DNA of 64,000 nucleotides from Mobula birostris (Eukaryota). The stretch's first letter is position 1, and every line of letters begins with the position of its first letter. Under the pieces are notes generated by a model. It was given only the letters and a program-made list of their open reading frames with translations. It was not told where the DNA came from and searched no databases. This document shows, one piece after another, positions 1 to 13,510 of this stretch. The stretch lies in contig NC_092379.1 in assembly GCF_030028105.1 (NCBI RefSeq), positions 87,841,006-87,905,005 on the forward strand, in the 5' to 3' direction. A program made the translations under genes and the position numbers.

Positions 1-384
1 GCTAAATTATTGAGTGAAATGCACATCTGACTGGTTGCAAAAATAACAGCTGCTGTATTTATGTAACACCTTTAGCAGAGTAAAAACATCCCTAGTGTCT
101 TCATAAGACCAAAGTTACTGTTGCTGATAGTCAAAAACAAAAATTACTGGGTTACTGAAATTCAGAAATTTAAAGAGTAAATCTTGGAGGTAACCAGCAG
201 GTGGGAAAGCACCTGCAGAGAGAGAAGCTGAACTGATTCACTCTGTATCCTTGATTACAAGGATGGAAGTTCTTTGGTCTGAGCCCAGATGCTGTCACCC
301 CAGTTAGGTATCTCATACACATTCTGTTTCTATTTCAGTTACCAGTGCTGCCACTGCTAAATTCAACAACAGTCAGGAAAGTAC

Positions 385-1262
385 GTAAGAAGATAAGAAT
401 TAGGAACAGGAGTAGGCCATCTGGCCTATCGATCCTGCTCTTCCATTCAAAAAGATCATGGCTGATCTGGCCATGGATTCATCTCCACCTATGTGTCTTT
501 TCTCCATAACCCTTAATTCCTCTACTATGCAAAAATCTATCCAACCTTGTCTTTAGTATATTTACTGCTTCATTGGGCGAAGAATTCCACAGGTTCTCCA
601 CTCTCTAGGAAAAGAAGCTCCTCCTCATCCCTGTCCTATATCCACTCCCTCAAATCTTGAGCCTATGTGCCCTAGTTTTTGTCTCACCTATTAGTGGAAA
701 CAACTTTTCTGCCTCTATCTTATCTATCCTTTTCATAATTTTATATGTTTCTATAAGATCTCCGTTTATTCTTCATGAATTCCAGTGAGTACAGTGCCAG
801 GTGACCCAGTCTCTCCTGATAGTCTAACCCCCTCATCCGTGGAATCAACCTGGTGAACCTCCTCTGCACCACCTCCAAAAGTAAGTATATCCTTCCTCAA
901 GTAAGGAGTCCAGAACTGCACACAGTACTCCAGCTGTGGCCTCACCAGTACCTTGTACAGTTGCAGCATAACCTCTCTGCTCTTAAATTCAATCCCTCTC
1001 TCAATGAAGGCCAACATCGCATTTGCCTTCTTGATAGCCTGTTGTACCTGCAAACCAACCTTTTGTGATTCATGCACAAGCATTCCCAAGACATTCTGCA
1101 CAAGAGCATGCTGCATTTTTCCCAAATAATAATCTGCTCTTTTATTTTTCCTTCCAAAGTGGATGACCTTGTAGTTACCAACATTGTATCCATCTGCCAG
1201 ACCTTTGCCCACTCAATTAACCTATCTATATCTCTCTGCAGATTCTCCGTATCTATTGCACA
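385..1262 (-). mobile_element. CR1 LINE, 5'-truncated 3' fragment (RT C-terminus and 3' UTR)
   Basis: ORF 766..1212 contains KKANAMLAFIERGIEFKSREVMLQLYKVLVRPQLEYCVQFW, typical of CR1 ORF2; CR1 tail near 385-430. Confidence 0.9.
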
Positions 1263-1711
1263 ATTTGAAATTGTGAAATTTGAAAAGTGAAATTGGAGGA
1301 CAGCTAACATCTCAAGGGTGTATAAAACTGGAGAAGTTTACAAATCTAGGGAGGAATGAAGTGATGGAAGGAGTTGAAAACAAGATTTCATTGTTTAGCT
1401 GGGAGATAGTATAGTTCAGCTTATGGTGGTGAAGGAAAGTATAATTGTTCAGAGGTAAAGAATAAAGATAGCTTGCAACTTGGAGTTCCAGAGTGGATAG
1501 AGTTTAGGCATTTGGCACAGGAAACAAGTGTAGTTATAGATAAGCAGACTTAAAGTAAGATAGCAGAATGACAGTCTGGATGACCTGAGACCGACAGAGT
1601 GTAAATAAGAAAAATTAGTCATTTTTAGTTCTCTTAACTAGTATAAATTTTAATGAATTAAATTGCCATCCACTGCACAAATCATTTGCAAGAGAGGCCC
1701 CTTTCCTCAAG

Positions 1712-1882
1712 GCTCAAATTCAAAGTTCAAACTACATGTTTTATTAAAGAATGTATAAATTATATAAGCTTGAGATTTGTTTGCTTACAGGTAACCAGAA
1801 AGTAAAAAAAAACCCGAAAGAACCCAATTAAAAAAAGATCAACACCAAATACACAAAAAACACAAATCATGGAAGCAATTAA
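1712..1882 (-). mobile_element. 3'-terminal fragment of a Rex/Babar-associated non-autonomous repeat
   Basis: (ttcaaa)n tail and downstream sequence recur at about 36340 and at 49097/50080. Confidence 0.5.
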
Positions 1883-3034
1883 AGTCAAATTTATTCTCAT
1901 TTAACTATATACATGTATATAGAAATGAGACATTTCTTCAAACAATGGTGTAAAGCACAGTAGTACACTTCACCTACATAAAACATGATAACTTAGAAGG
2001 TATGTAAAAAATCTACAGATGAATCACACATAAATAACCAACCAAAGTTCATTAATTTGAACTATTGGAAGGTACAGAGCAGATTCACCAGTGGCACATC
2101 AAATGCAATGCGGCCAGGAGCTCAGAAGCTTAAAGGCCTGGGTGAAGAAACTGTTTCTCACCCTGACTATTCTTGTTTTTATACATCATAGTCTCCTGCC
2201 TGATGGTAGAAGGTCAAAGTGGATGATGAACGGATGGGTGGGATCCTTAACAATACCAGGGGCCATGCACATGCGGTGCTCCTGATAAATGTCCGCAGTG
2301 GATGGTGTGGAGACCCCTATGATCCTCTCAGATGTTCTCACAATCCTTTGTAGGGACTTCCAGTCCATGACTTTGCAGCTCCTGTAGCAGATGGACATGC
2401 AATTTGCCAAGACACTCTCAAAGGTGCTCCTGTAAAATGCAGTAAAGATGGAGAATGGGAACGATGCTTGCCTCAATATTCTTGGAAGCGGAGATGATGC
2501 TGTGCGTTCTTGTTAAGTAGGGTGATATTAAGGGACCAGGTGAGGTCATCTGTCATGTGATCTCCCAGAAACATAGTGCACTTAGCTCTCTCTACGGGGC
2601 AGTCATGTATTTGCACAAGGGGATGGTTATCTGCATCTTCCTGAAGTCCAGAAAGATTTCCTTTGTCTTTTCCACGTTCAGGCTTAGGTTGCTCTTCTCA
2701 CACCAGCCCACCAGCTGCTCTATTTCCTCTCTATCTCCGTCTCATCATCGTTCTTAATTAGGCCATCCACTATTGTGTCATCTGCAAACTTGATGACACA
2801 TTTTGAGCTGGATCCTATGACACAGTCATGCGTCAGCTATGTGAACAACAGTGGGCTGAGCACACAGCCTTGGGGAGTGCCAGTGCTCTGCATAATGGGA
2901 CTAGAGACATTGCCACCCACATGGACTGATTGTGACCTTACTGTTAAGAAGTCCACTATCCAGTTGCAGATTGAGGTGTTGAGACCCAATGAAGACAGTT
3001 TCCCCACCAGTTTTTTGGGTACGATATTGTTGAA
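1883..3034 (-). mobile_element. Rex1/Babar LINE, 3' part (RT C-terminus), interrupted by CR1
   Basis: ORF 2837..3100 has [30 protein letters not shown]...[14 protein letters not shown]; ORF 2186..2476 has FYRSTFESVL...LLPSGRRL. Confidence 0.88.
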
Positions 3035-6000
3035 GACCACAAGGCATAGGAGCAGAATTAGGCCATTTGGCCAATCGAGTCTGCTCCGCCATTCAATCAT
3101 GGCTGATCCTTTTTCTCCCCCTCCTCAGCCTCACTCCCCGACCTTCTCTCCGTAACCTTTGATGCTGTAGCCAATCGAGAACCTATCAATCTCAACCTGA
3201 AGTACACCCATGACCTGGCCTCCACAGCTGCCTGCGATAACAAATTCCACAAATTCAGCACAATCTGCTTAAAGAAATCTCTGTTTTAAATAGATGCCCC
3301 TCTATCCTGAGGCTGTGCCTTGTTGCCCTAGACTGCCCACCATGGGAAACATCCTTTCCACATCTACTCTGTCTAGGCCTTTCAACATTTGAAAGGTTTC
3401 AATGAGATACTCCCTCATCTTTCTAAGCTCCAGCGAGTACAGACCCAACGCCATCAAATTTTCCTCATATAATAACCTTTTTATTCCCAGAATCATCCTT
3501 GTGAACCTCCTCTGAACCCTCTCCAAATCCAGCACATCTTTTCTTCAAATAGGAGCCCAAAACTGTTCACAATACTCAAGAAGAGGCCTCACCGGTGCCT
3601 TATAAAGCCTCAACATCACATCCCTGCTCTTACACTCTAGACCTCTTGAAAGGAATGCTAACATTGCATTTGCCTTCCTCATCACTGAAAGGTACTTGAA
3701 TGCAAGTAAACCTTTAGGTTGATCTGCACAAGGACTCCCAAGCCCCTTTGCATCTCAAATTTTTGGATTTTCTCACACTTTAGGAAATAGTCTACTCATT
3801 TATTTCTTCTACCAAAGTGCATTTTCCAATATTTTATTTCATTTATCATTTTCTTGCCCATTTTCCAAATCTTTCTAATTCCTTCTGCAGCCTTCCTGTT
3901 TCTTCAACACTATCTGTCCCTCCACCAATCTTCGTATCATCTGTAAACTTGGCAATAAAGCCATCTATTCCATCATCTAAATCACTTATATACAGCATAA
4001 AAAAAATGGTCCCAATACCGACCCTGGCAAAACACCACAAGTCACTAGCAGCCAACCAGAAAAGCATCCTTTTATTCACACTTGCTGCATCCAACCAATC
4101 AACTAATGCCCTAACCATACCACTAAATCTCCTGAAATACCATGGGCTCTTAACTTGGTAAGCAGTTTCGTGTGTGGCACCTTGTCAAAAGATCTTCTGA
4201 ACATCAAAATATACAACAATTATTGCCTCCCCTTTATCTATCTTACTTGTAATAAGATAAGACCATAAGATATAGGAGCAGAAGTAGGTCATTCGGCCTA
4301 TCGAGTCTGCTCCATCATTTAATCATGGGCTGATCCAATTCTTCCAGTCATCCTCATTCTCCTGCTTTCTCCCTATACCCTTTGATGCCCTGGTTAATCA
4401 AGTATCTATCTATCTCTGCCTTAAATGCACCCATTGACTTGGCCTCCTCAAGGAATTCCAACAGGTTCATCAAGCAAGATTTTCCCTTAAGGAAACTTGC
4501 TGACTTTGTCCTATCTTGTCCTCTCTCACCAAGTACTCTATAACCTCATCCTTAACAATTAACTCCAATATCCTCCCAACCACAGAGGTCACACTAACTG
4601 GTCTACAATTTCCTTTCTGCTGCCTCCCCTTTTTTTAAAGAGAGGAGTGACATTTGCAATTTTCCACTCCTCTGGCACCATGCCAGAGTCCAATAATTTT
4701 GAAAAGATCATTACTAATGTCTCCACATTCTCTACCGCTACCCCTGTCAGAACTCTAGAGTGCAGTTCATCTGGTCTGGTTAACCTATGTACCCTTATGT
4801 CTTTCAGCTTTTTGAGCACCTTCTCCTTTGTAATAGTAACAGCACTCATTTCTGTTCCCTCACACCCTTCAACATCTGGCACACTGCTAGTGTCTTCCAC
4901 AGTGAAGACTGATGCAATATATTCATTTATTTCATCTGCCGTCTCCTTGTCCCCTGTTATTATTTCTTTAGCCTCATTTTCTAGGTTCTATATCTACTCT
5001 CATCTCTCCTCTTTTTCATATACTTGAAAAAGCTTTTTCTATCCACCTTAATATTGTTTGCTAGCTTGCTTTCATATGTTATCTTTTTCCTCCTAATTAT
5101 TATTTTAGTTGCTTTCTATAGGTTTTTGAAAGCTTCCCAATCCTCCATCATCCTTCTAATTTTTACTTTATTGTATGCCCTTCTCTTTGCTTTTATATTA
5201 GCTTGACTACCCTTGGCAACCATGGCTGTACTATTTTGCCAGTGCATTTCTTTGTTTTAGGTATACATCTATCTCGCATCTTCTTCATTTTTCCCAGAAC
5301 TCAAGCCAATGCTGCTCTTCTGGCATCCCTGCAAGCATCTTCTTCCAATTTACATCAGCCAACTTATCTCTCACACCACTGTAATTTCCTCTACTCCACT
5401 GAAATACTGGTACGTCAGATTTTACTTTCTCCCTATCAACTTACAAGTTGCACTCTATCATATTGTGATCACTGTCTCCTAAAGGTTCCTTTACCTTAAG
5501 TTCCCTAATCAATTCTGGTTCATAACACCCAATCCAGCATTGCTGATCCCCTAGTAGGCTCAATGACAAACTGCTCTAAAAAAGCCATCTCATAGGCATT
5601 CAACAAATTCACTCTCTTGAAATCCATTACCAACCTGATTTTCCCAATCTACCAGCATGTTAAAATCTTCCATGACTATTATAACATTGCTCTTTGAAAC
5701 ACCTTTTCCATTTTCTATTGTAATCTGTAGTCCACAGCCTAGCTACTATTGGGAGGTCATCAGGGTCCTTTTACCCTTGCAGTTTCTAAAGTCAACCCAC
5801 AAGGCTTCAACATCTGCTGACCCTGTGTCATATCTTCCTAGTTCTTTACCAGCAGAGCCATGCCACCCCTTCTGTCTACCTTCCTATCCCTTTGGTACAA
5901 CGTGTAACCTTGGATATTAAGCTCTCAACTATAACCATCTTTCAGCCACAATTCAGTGAGTGCCACAACATCATACCTGATAATCTGTAAACGTGCAACA

Positions 6001-6070
6001 AGATCATCCACTTTATTTCTTATACCCCATGCACTGAGATATAACACTTTGAGTACTGTCTTTGCTACCC
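3035..6070 (-). mobile_element. CR1 LINE ORF2 (APE-RT) fragment nested in the Rex1/Babar RT
   Basis: ORFs 3302..3535, 3846..4118 (KFTDDTKIGG) and 4589..4900 (PEEWKIANVTPLFKK). The Rex motif LFIDF/FNNI is split on either side of the insertion. Confidence 0.9.
4252..4446 (-). mobile_element. Short CR1 3'-end fragment nested in the older CR1
   Basis: Second CR1 tail (aagaccataagatataggagcag) interrupts host sequence cttgtaat|ctcctcaaggaattcc. Confidence 0.8.
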
Positions 6071-7708
6071 TGAAGTCAATAAACAGCAGTCTTCCATATT
6101 CCATTTTCTAGGTGGAGTAGGACAGAGTGGAAGGCAGAGGCTATAGCATCATCAGTTGATTGATTTGAGTGATAAACGAACAGGAAAAGTTCCAGTGTAC
6201 CTGGGAGAAAGGCTTAAATGTGCTCTATGACCAGCCATGATCAGCGCGTAATGGTTGATGTTAATGTCACTGGACAATAGTCATTTAGGCAGGTTACTTT
6301 CGTCTTCTTTGATGCTGGAATGATGGTTGCCACCTTGAAAACCGAGGAGACAATGGATTGTTCCAGAGAGATGTTTAGCCTATCTGTCAGCACTTCCATG
6401 AGCTGGGCTGCACTGTCTTTCAGACACTGATCTGCTATAGTACAGAGTTAATTCCGGCAGCTTTGCATGGGTTGACTCTGGCCTGGGTCTTCCTCACCTC
6501 AGATTCAGCCAGATGGGGTGTCTACTACCATGGGGTGAGGGTGCCTTCTTTGCCCGCACATTGTTCTGTGCATCAAGCTGGGTGTGGAAGACAATCAGCC
6601 TCTCAGGGAGTGAAGCATCCTAGTCACTCATGTGCAGGGTAGGCTTGTAGTCTGCAGTCATCTGAATTCTCTGCCACATGCGCCTCGTGTCTCTGGTATT
6701 GCAGAAGTGGCTGTAAATTCTCTGAGAATGCTCCCATTTTGCCTTCCTGATGGAGCGGGAAAGCACAGTGCTTGCTTCCCTGAGAGCTGTTGTATTTCTT
6801 AATCTAAAAGCAGAATCATGATCCCTCAGCCCGCCACCCTCCCTTTGCAGTCATGGCTTCTGGTTTGCTCTCACAAAGATGTGTTTCATGACGGTACGTT
6901 CCTCAGTATACATCTCGATGTAGCTGGTCACAGAGTCCACATATTCCTCAATGTTAGCTTGGTTGCCATGGGTAGCAGCCTCTTTGAATATTCTACCGTT
7001 TGTATTATCAAAACAGTCCTGCAGTGCAGAGATTGCACCCTCAGGTTAGGTTGTCACCACCTTTAGAACTGGTTTGGTCCATATGATCACTAGTTTGTAT
7101 GCTGGAATTAACATCACAGATATGCGACCTGAGAGTCTAATGTGGGTTCAAGGGACTGCTTTTCAGGTTTATAGGCACATGGTATGTTAGTGTAAACCAG
7201 GTCTAGTGTATTTTCACCTTGGTAGCAAAATCAGCGGAATTTAGTCAGGACTATCTTTAGGTTCGCAAGGTTAAAATCATCTGCGATAATGAAGATACCA
7301 TCAGGGTGTTTGGTTTGGAGAGAGGATAAAATATTGCAGAGTGCGAGCAAAATCAGCTTGTCTCCAATCTGGGCCAGTATTCAAGTTGCACTAGGACCCG
7401 GCTGCAGCAACCAGCAACTCATCCAGCCAGCCTGAAGCTGCTCTCAGGTTCTTCAAATCAACTCAGTGCCCAGAGTGATCCAACCTTGCTCCTGAGCCTG
7501 TCATATGGGCACCGGAACTCCATCTTCAATGATTCTTCAACACACCATCTTGGCTCATCCCCTGAACTCGCCCCTACGCTATTTGTGGCAATAATTTAAC
7601 ACAAATTACCTCATAAAAGGTACTTTTAGTTATGTTTACGGTTGGAATTCTTAGCTTTTTGACTACCAAAAAGCTGTTTCACACGTTTGGTAGCACCATC
7701 TTAACTGG
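6071..7708 (-). mobile_element. Rex1/Babar LINE, 5' part (RT N-terminus, APE remnants, 5' UTR)
   Basis: Continues the RT split at 3034; degenerate APE motifs near 7200-7300; 5' end ccagttAAGATGGtgc. Confidence 0.75.
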
Positions 7709-8299
7709 TCATTCATCCTCACAATGAATAAATTATTCCAAAGCTGTCCTGGGCATCCTGACTCCAATTGTAAAGAAAAAAATCACTTGCCTGAAACTCC
7801 TCCAACAAACGTTCAGGTCCAATAATTGTCTTGAAAATCCAAAACCTCTTGGTAAAAACACTTCTCATCCTTCTCTATGCCAAAGAATACAAACATAATT
7901 TATGTTTGAATTGACAGTTTCATTATGGGATGAGCTAAGAATAGACTTGATCTTATGATAGAGGGAAATTATAGCTGAAGCATTTGAGAATGGTTCTTCC
8001 AATGATTATTGTCTGACAAACTCCTGCATTGTTGTCTTGGGACTATAATAATTTGCTTCCAAAAACTACAACCATTCCTTATAATCCCAATGGTCTCAAT
8101 TTTGTTAGAATTCTTTCATGCTATTCTCTCCTGAATTATTTACTCAATGGAGAAATTTACTTGATGGAGCAATCTTCCCTGCTCATCTGGAATTCAGTTT
8201 TTGTCTTTGTGTCTGGAACAGGCTTGGATGAGTCTGCAGTTGAGTAACTCTAGTGAAACTCAAACTGGACATCTTTCAAAGGGTTCATAGTTGCTTGAG

Positions 8300-10700
8300 G
8301 GGACTATTGCAAATGATTCTTTCTGTGACTTATGTAAAGACAGGAGAGAGGCAAGTTGTATAGGAAATGGGCTGTTTTCTTTTATATGTGTACAAAAATA
8401 GTGGTGCACGTTCCATCCAGGTTAACTTCAGGCAGGCACTGGAGGAGCAAAGCTTCATAATCAATAGGCACAAAACAGCACACTCTGATGCCTTCCCTGT
8501 CATTGTGCAGGGTTTCAACCAGGACAGTTTGAAGAAGTCTCTGAAGAACTGCCACCAAAATATCACCTGTGGAACCAGAGGAGCCAACACACTCGGCTAC
8601 TGTTATACCGCCTTCCAGAATGCTTACCGTTTCATCTCACGTCGACACTTTGGAAAATCCAATCACCTGACTGTACTTCTATTCGTAGCGTACAGGCAGA
8701 TGGCAGTACCAGTGGTGAGGACCAAGAGGGCGTGGTCAAGGAAGATGGAGGAGCAGTAACAGAGCTGCTTTGAGCTGGTGGACTGGGTAAAAATCAGAGA
8801 TTCATCTTTGAGTCTCACTGAATATAGCACAGTTGTCACCGACTTAATCAGAGCCTGTGTGGATGAGTGTGTGCCTTCAAGAAAATACCACATATACCCA
8901 ACTCAAAAGCCATGGATGAACCAGGGTGATTCATAATCTGCTGAGAGCTAGATCTCTGGCATTCAAGACCAGTGATCCAGAGCTATAGAAGAAGTACAGG
9001 TATGACCTATGGAGGAATAACTTAAGAGCATAAAAAACAATTCCAGTTGAGATTAGAGAGGGAATTAGATCCTCACCAGCTCTGGCAGCGTTTACAGGCA
9101 TTAGTTCCTATATAGTGAAACCTAACATCTCAAATGGCAGCTCACTTCCAAATGAACTCAACACCTTTTATGCTTACTTTGAAATGGAGACTAAAGCTAC
9201 TTCTATGCAAATCCCTGCAGCATCCAGTGATCCTGTGATCTCTGTCTTGGAGGCCAACTTTGAAACAGCTCTCGAAAGGGTGACCCCTCAAAAGGCCTCG
9301 GGCCCTGATGCTGTACCTGGTAGGACACTGAAAGCCTGTGCCAACCTACTGGTGGGGGTGTTCAAGGACGATTCCAATCTCTCACTGCTGCAGTCGGAGG
9401 TTCTGACCTGCTTCAAAAGGGTGCCATTCATACCAAATGCCCAAGGAAAGCAGAGTGAGCTGCCTCAACAACTATCACCAAGTTGCACTCACATCTACTG
9501 TAATGAAGTGCTTTTAGAGGTTGGTTATGGCTAGAATCAACTCCTGCCTAAACAAGGACCAAGACCCACTGCAATTTGCCTATTGCAAATGCAATCTCCC
9601 TGGCTCTCTACTCGGCCCTGAATCACCTGGACAATAGTAATACTTACATCAGGCTGCTGTTTATTAATTACAGCTCAGTGTTCAACACAGTCACATTGAA
9701 TCTGAATCCTTGATTTCCTCACCAGTAGACCACAGTCTGCTCAGATCAAAAAAAAACCTCTCCTTCTTGCTGATAATCAATGCTGGCATACCTCAAGGAT
9801 GCATGCTTAGACCACTATCAACTCTTTCTCTGCCTATGACTGTGTGGCTAGCACAGCTCAAATGCCATCTATAAATTTGTCATCAACACAATTATTGTTT
9901 GCAAAACTGGGTGATGAGGAGGTGTAGAGAAACAAGATAGATCAGTTGGTTGAATTATGTCACAACAACAGCAATGCAATGTCAGTAGGCCAACCATTTG
10001 ATTGTGGACTTCAGAAAAGGTAAGCTGAGCCATCATCAGTCATCACCAGCCATCATCAAGGGATCAGAAATGGAAGGGGTGAGCGGTTTCATCAACATCT
10101 GTGAGGATCTATCCCGGGCCAATTACAAAGAAGGAACAACAGTGGCTGTATTTCATTAGCAGTTTGAGGAGAATTAGTTTGCTCTCAAAGGCACTCGCAA
10201 TCTTCTACAGACATGTAATGGAGAGAATCCTACTGGTTACATCACCAGTTGGTATGGTGGGTCCACTGCGCAGGATGAGAAAAAGCTGCAGAAAGTTGTA
10301 AACTCAGTCAGATCCATCATAGACAATAGCTTCCCCATCATCCAGGAAACCTACTAAAGGCGATGCCTCAAAAAGGTGGATTTGATCATTTAGGACACCC
10401 ATCACTCAGGAGACGCCCTGTTCTCATTGCTACCATCAAGGAGAAGGTACTGGAGCCTGAAGACACACACTCCATTTCAGGAACATCTTCTTTCCCCTCT
10501 GCTATCAAATTTCTGAATGGACAATGAATCCATGAACACCTCAATACCTTTACACCCTTCTTTTGGCATTACTTATTTAATTTATCTTTTATATATACTT
10601 CTTACTGTGATTTATAGGCCTCATTGTTTTGTATTGCAACGTATTGCTGCCGCAAAACATTTCACAACAGATATGATGGTGATATTAAACTTGATTCCAA
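8300..10700 (+). mobile_element. Rex1/Babar LINE, degenerate
   Basis: ORF 8367..8759 (FNQDSLKKSL..HQNITCGTRGANTL), ORF 9115..9534 (KASGPDAVPGRTLKACANLL), ORF 10101..10301; tail attaaacttgattc. Confidence 0.88.
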
Positions 10701-11198
10701 TTCAACCCTCTCTAATCTTTTATATTTGGAAAGTGAATAGGGCTTTCAGTCAACGTACTGTCAGGGTCCATTATTTATTTTATTTGATGGGTAGTTACAT
10801 GATTCTACAAAACAACTTTTAAGCAAACTTGCTTATTTGGTTTAGGTTATGCTTCCTTCGCCTTAATGAAATATTTTCACTTCCTGTTTGTAAATTCAGA
10901 ACATCATATCACTGTTGAAAGTAGAATTGAAGCAATATGCTTTCACTGTGTTAATTATAAGGTTAGTAAATTACTACATAACGATCTTCAAGAAGACTTG
11001 ATATTTATTTGTGCTTTAAATGTGAACAACGATAACAGAGCCAGTCTGGCTTGTGGGTATTAACTCAACCAAATATCCTGGGACTGATATCAGCTATATT
11101 TTAAACTAGTTGTGACAAAGGAATCAATTGTTTTTTTTTTCCCCTAATCTGATAACCTTTGTAATCACTTCCCTAGTACTGGGCAATCATTATTAAAT

Positions 11199-12610
11199 CA
11201 ACACCCACAAAGTGCTGAAGGAATTCAGCAGGCCAGGCAGCATCTATGGAAAAGAGTAAACAAGTACAAGGTAGTAGGTGATAGGTGGAACCAGGAAGGA
11301 GGGGGAGGGTTGAAGTAAAGAGCAAGCAAGTCAATTGATGAAAGAGATAAAGGGCTGGGGAAGGAGGAATCTGATAGGAGAGGACAGAATGTCATGGAAG
11401 AAAGAAAAGGGTAAGGACCACCAGAGAGGGGCGATGGGCAGATAAAGCAAAATGGTCAGAGAGAGAAATGGGAATGGGGAATGGTGAAAGCGGTGGGGGG
11501 GGGGGGCGCATTACTGGTAGTTTGAGAAATTGATGTTCATGCTATCAAGAATACCCAGACAGAACATAAGGTGTTGCTCTTCCAAACTGAGTGGGGCCTC
11601 TGGACGGCAGTAGACATGTCGGAATGGGAATTGGAAGTGGTATTAAAATGGGTGGCCACTGGGAGATCCTGCTTTTTCTGGCTGATGGAATGTAGGTGCT
11701 CAGCGAACAGGTCTCCCAATCCACGTCGGGTCTCACTGATCTATAGGAAGCCACACCGCGAGCACGTGACACAGTACGTGACCTCAACAGACTCACAACT
11801 GAAGTGTCACCTCACCTAGAAGAACTGTTTGGGGCCTTGAATGGTGATGGAGGAGGAGGTGTAGTGGCAGGTGTAGCAGTTGTTTGGCTTGCAAGGTTAA
11901 GTGCCAGGAGGGAGATCAGTGGGGAGGGACGAATAGACAAGGGAGTCGTGTAGGGAGCGATCGCTGGGGTGGAGGGATCCTGCTGGAGATGACGAAAGTT
12001 ACAGAAAATTATGTGCTGGACACAGAGGCTAGTGGGGTGGTAGGTGAGGACAACAGGAATCCTATCCCTGGTAGGGTGGCTGAAGGATTGGGTGAGGAGA
12101 GGCTTGTGCAAAATGAAAGAGATGCGATTGAGAGCAGCATTGTTGGTGAAGGAAGCCCCTTTCTTTGAAGAAGGAGGACATCTCCTTCGTTCTGAAATGA
12201 AAAGTCTCATCCTGAGAACAGATACAGTGGAGACAGAAGAATTGAGAGAAGGAGATGGTATTTTTACAAGTAACAGGATGGGAAGAGGTATAGTCCAGGT
12301 AGCTGTGAGAGTCAGTGGGTTTGTGATAGGCATCAGTTGAAAAGATGTCTCCAGAGATAGAGACAGAGAGATCGAGAAAGTAGAGGGAGGTATTGGAAAT
12401 GGACCAGGTAAAGTTTAGGCAGGGTGGCAGTTGGAGGCAAAGTTCATGAAGTTGGTGAGCTCCGCATGGGTGCAGGAATCAGCACCAATGCAGTCATCGA
12501 TGTAGCGTAGGAAAAGTTGAGGAGTGATACCATTGTAGACTTGGAACATAGACTGTTTTACGTAGCTGACAAAAAGGCAGGCAAAGCTGAGACCCATGAA
12601 AGTGCCCACA
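11199..12610 (-). mobile_element. Penelope-like element (Neptune type): RT C-terminus, GIY-YIG and pLTR, degenerate
   Basis: ORF 12415..12708 has GTFMGLSFACLFV...FLRYIDDCIG; ORF 11537..11719 has GDLFAEHL...DLPVATHFN. Confidence 0.9.
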
Positions 12611-13124
12611 TTTTGTTTGAAGGAAGTTGGAGGAACAAAGGAAATATATTTGTGATTATTATCATTGGATTCCTTTTGTTCACTAGTAGGATTTGAACTC
12701 AAAATCATTTATTAGCTTAACCAGTATCCTTAGCTACAGGCTTCCTTTTCTTTAAAGGAATAATTACGTTCTTCACAATCATTTTTTTTGGGAATAAGCA
12801 CAGAGCTGTGGGAAGACAAGGGACAATGGGAATAGTTTAGAATTCTGAGAATGTAATAAAGTAAACATGTTGTATTATGTGTGGGTTGCTCAGTAATACA
12901 ACCTATAATTTTTTTTAAAGGATGCACTTGCAATACCTGAAGAACTCAATGGATTCAACTTACGCTGCAATTTCAATAAGAACTCAAAATTATAAGCTAG
13001 GACCTTCAGAACACTAATAAACAAATCAACTGAAAATACGGATTTGTTTATTTCAGTAAAATCACAAATCAGTTTAAGATTGTTTACTAGATTGCAATTA
13101 TCATTTGAGGGAAACATAGAGTGG

Positions 13125-13510
13125 GATTGTTGAAAAGAAGAGGAGATGACTTGATTGAATCAAATAAGATTCTGAGCATAGTAGACACAGTAGACATGAG
13201 CACAGATGCTTCCCCTAACGGGAAAATCCATTAGATTTGAACTGTGGGCAAACCTCAGATACAGAATGCTCACTTAAAAATAAACTAAGATGAGGAGGAA
13301 ATTTTCGAAAAGGGTCATGAATTTATAGAAATTTCTATGCCAGAAGCAATAGGTGCTGTGACAATAAATACTTTAAAGGCTGAGGTAGATTTTAATGCTA
13401 CAATAGATCTGGATGTTGTGTGATTATCCATCAAAGTGTTGTTGATGAGATCAGCCTTATTGGTACTGAATAAAAAGACTCAGGATTTACAACGGTCTGT
13501 TCCCACTGCA
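13125..13510 (+). mobile_element. Old CR1 3' fragment
   Basis: Degenerate gaggagatgacttgattgaa...gatgaggaggaaatttt...tttaaaggctgaggtagat motifs shared with other CR1 3' ends here. Confidence 0.6.

Noticed and set aside
165-350. Possible very old inverted PLE pLTR pair
   Set aside because: Too decayed to show a hammerhead core or a TSD.
3030-6075. Apparent 5-bp TSD tgaag around the nested CR1
   Set aside because: The host motif DFSSAF naturally contains cttca twice and the SSA codons are missing, so this is more likely a small target deletion.
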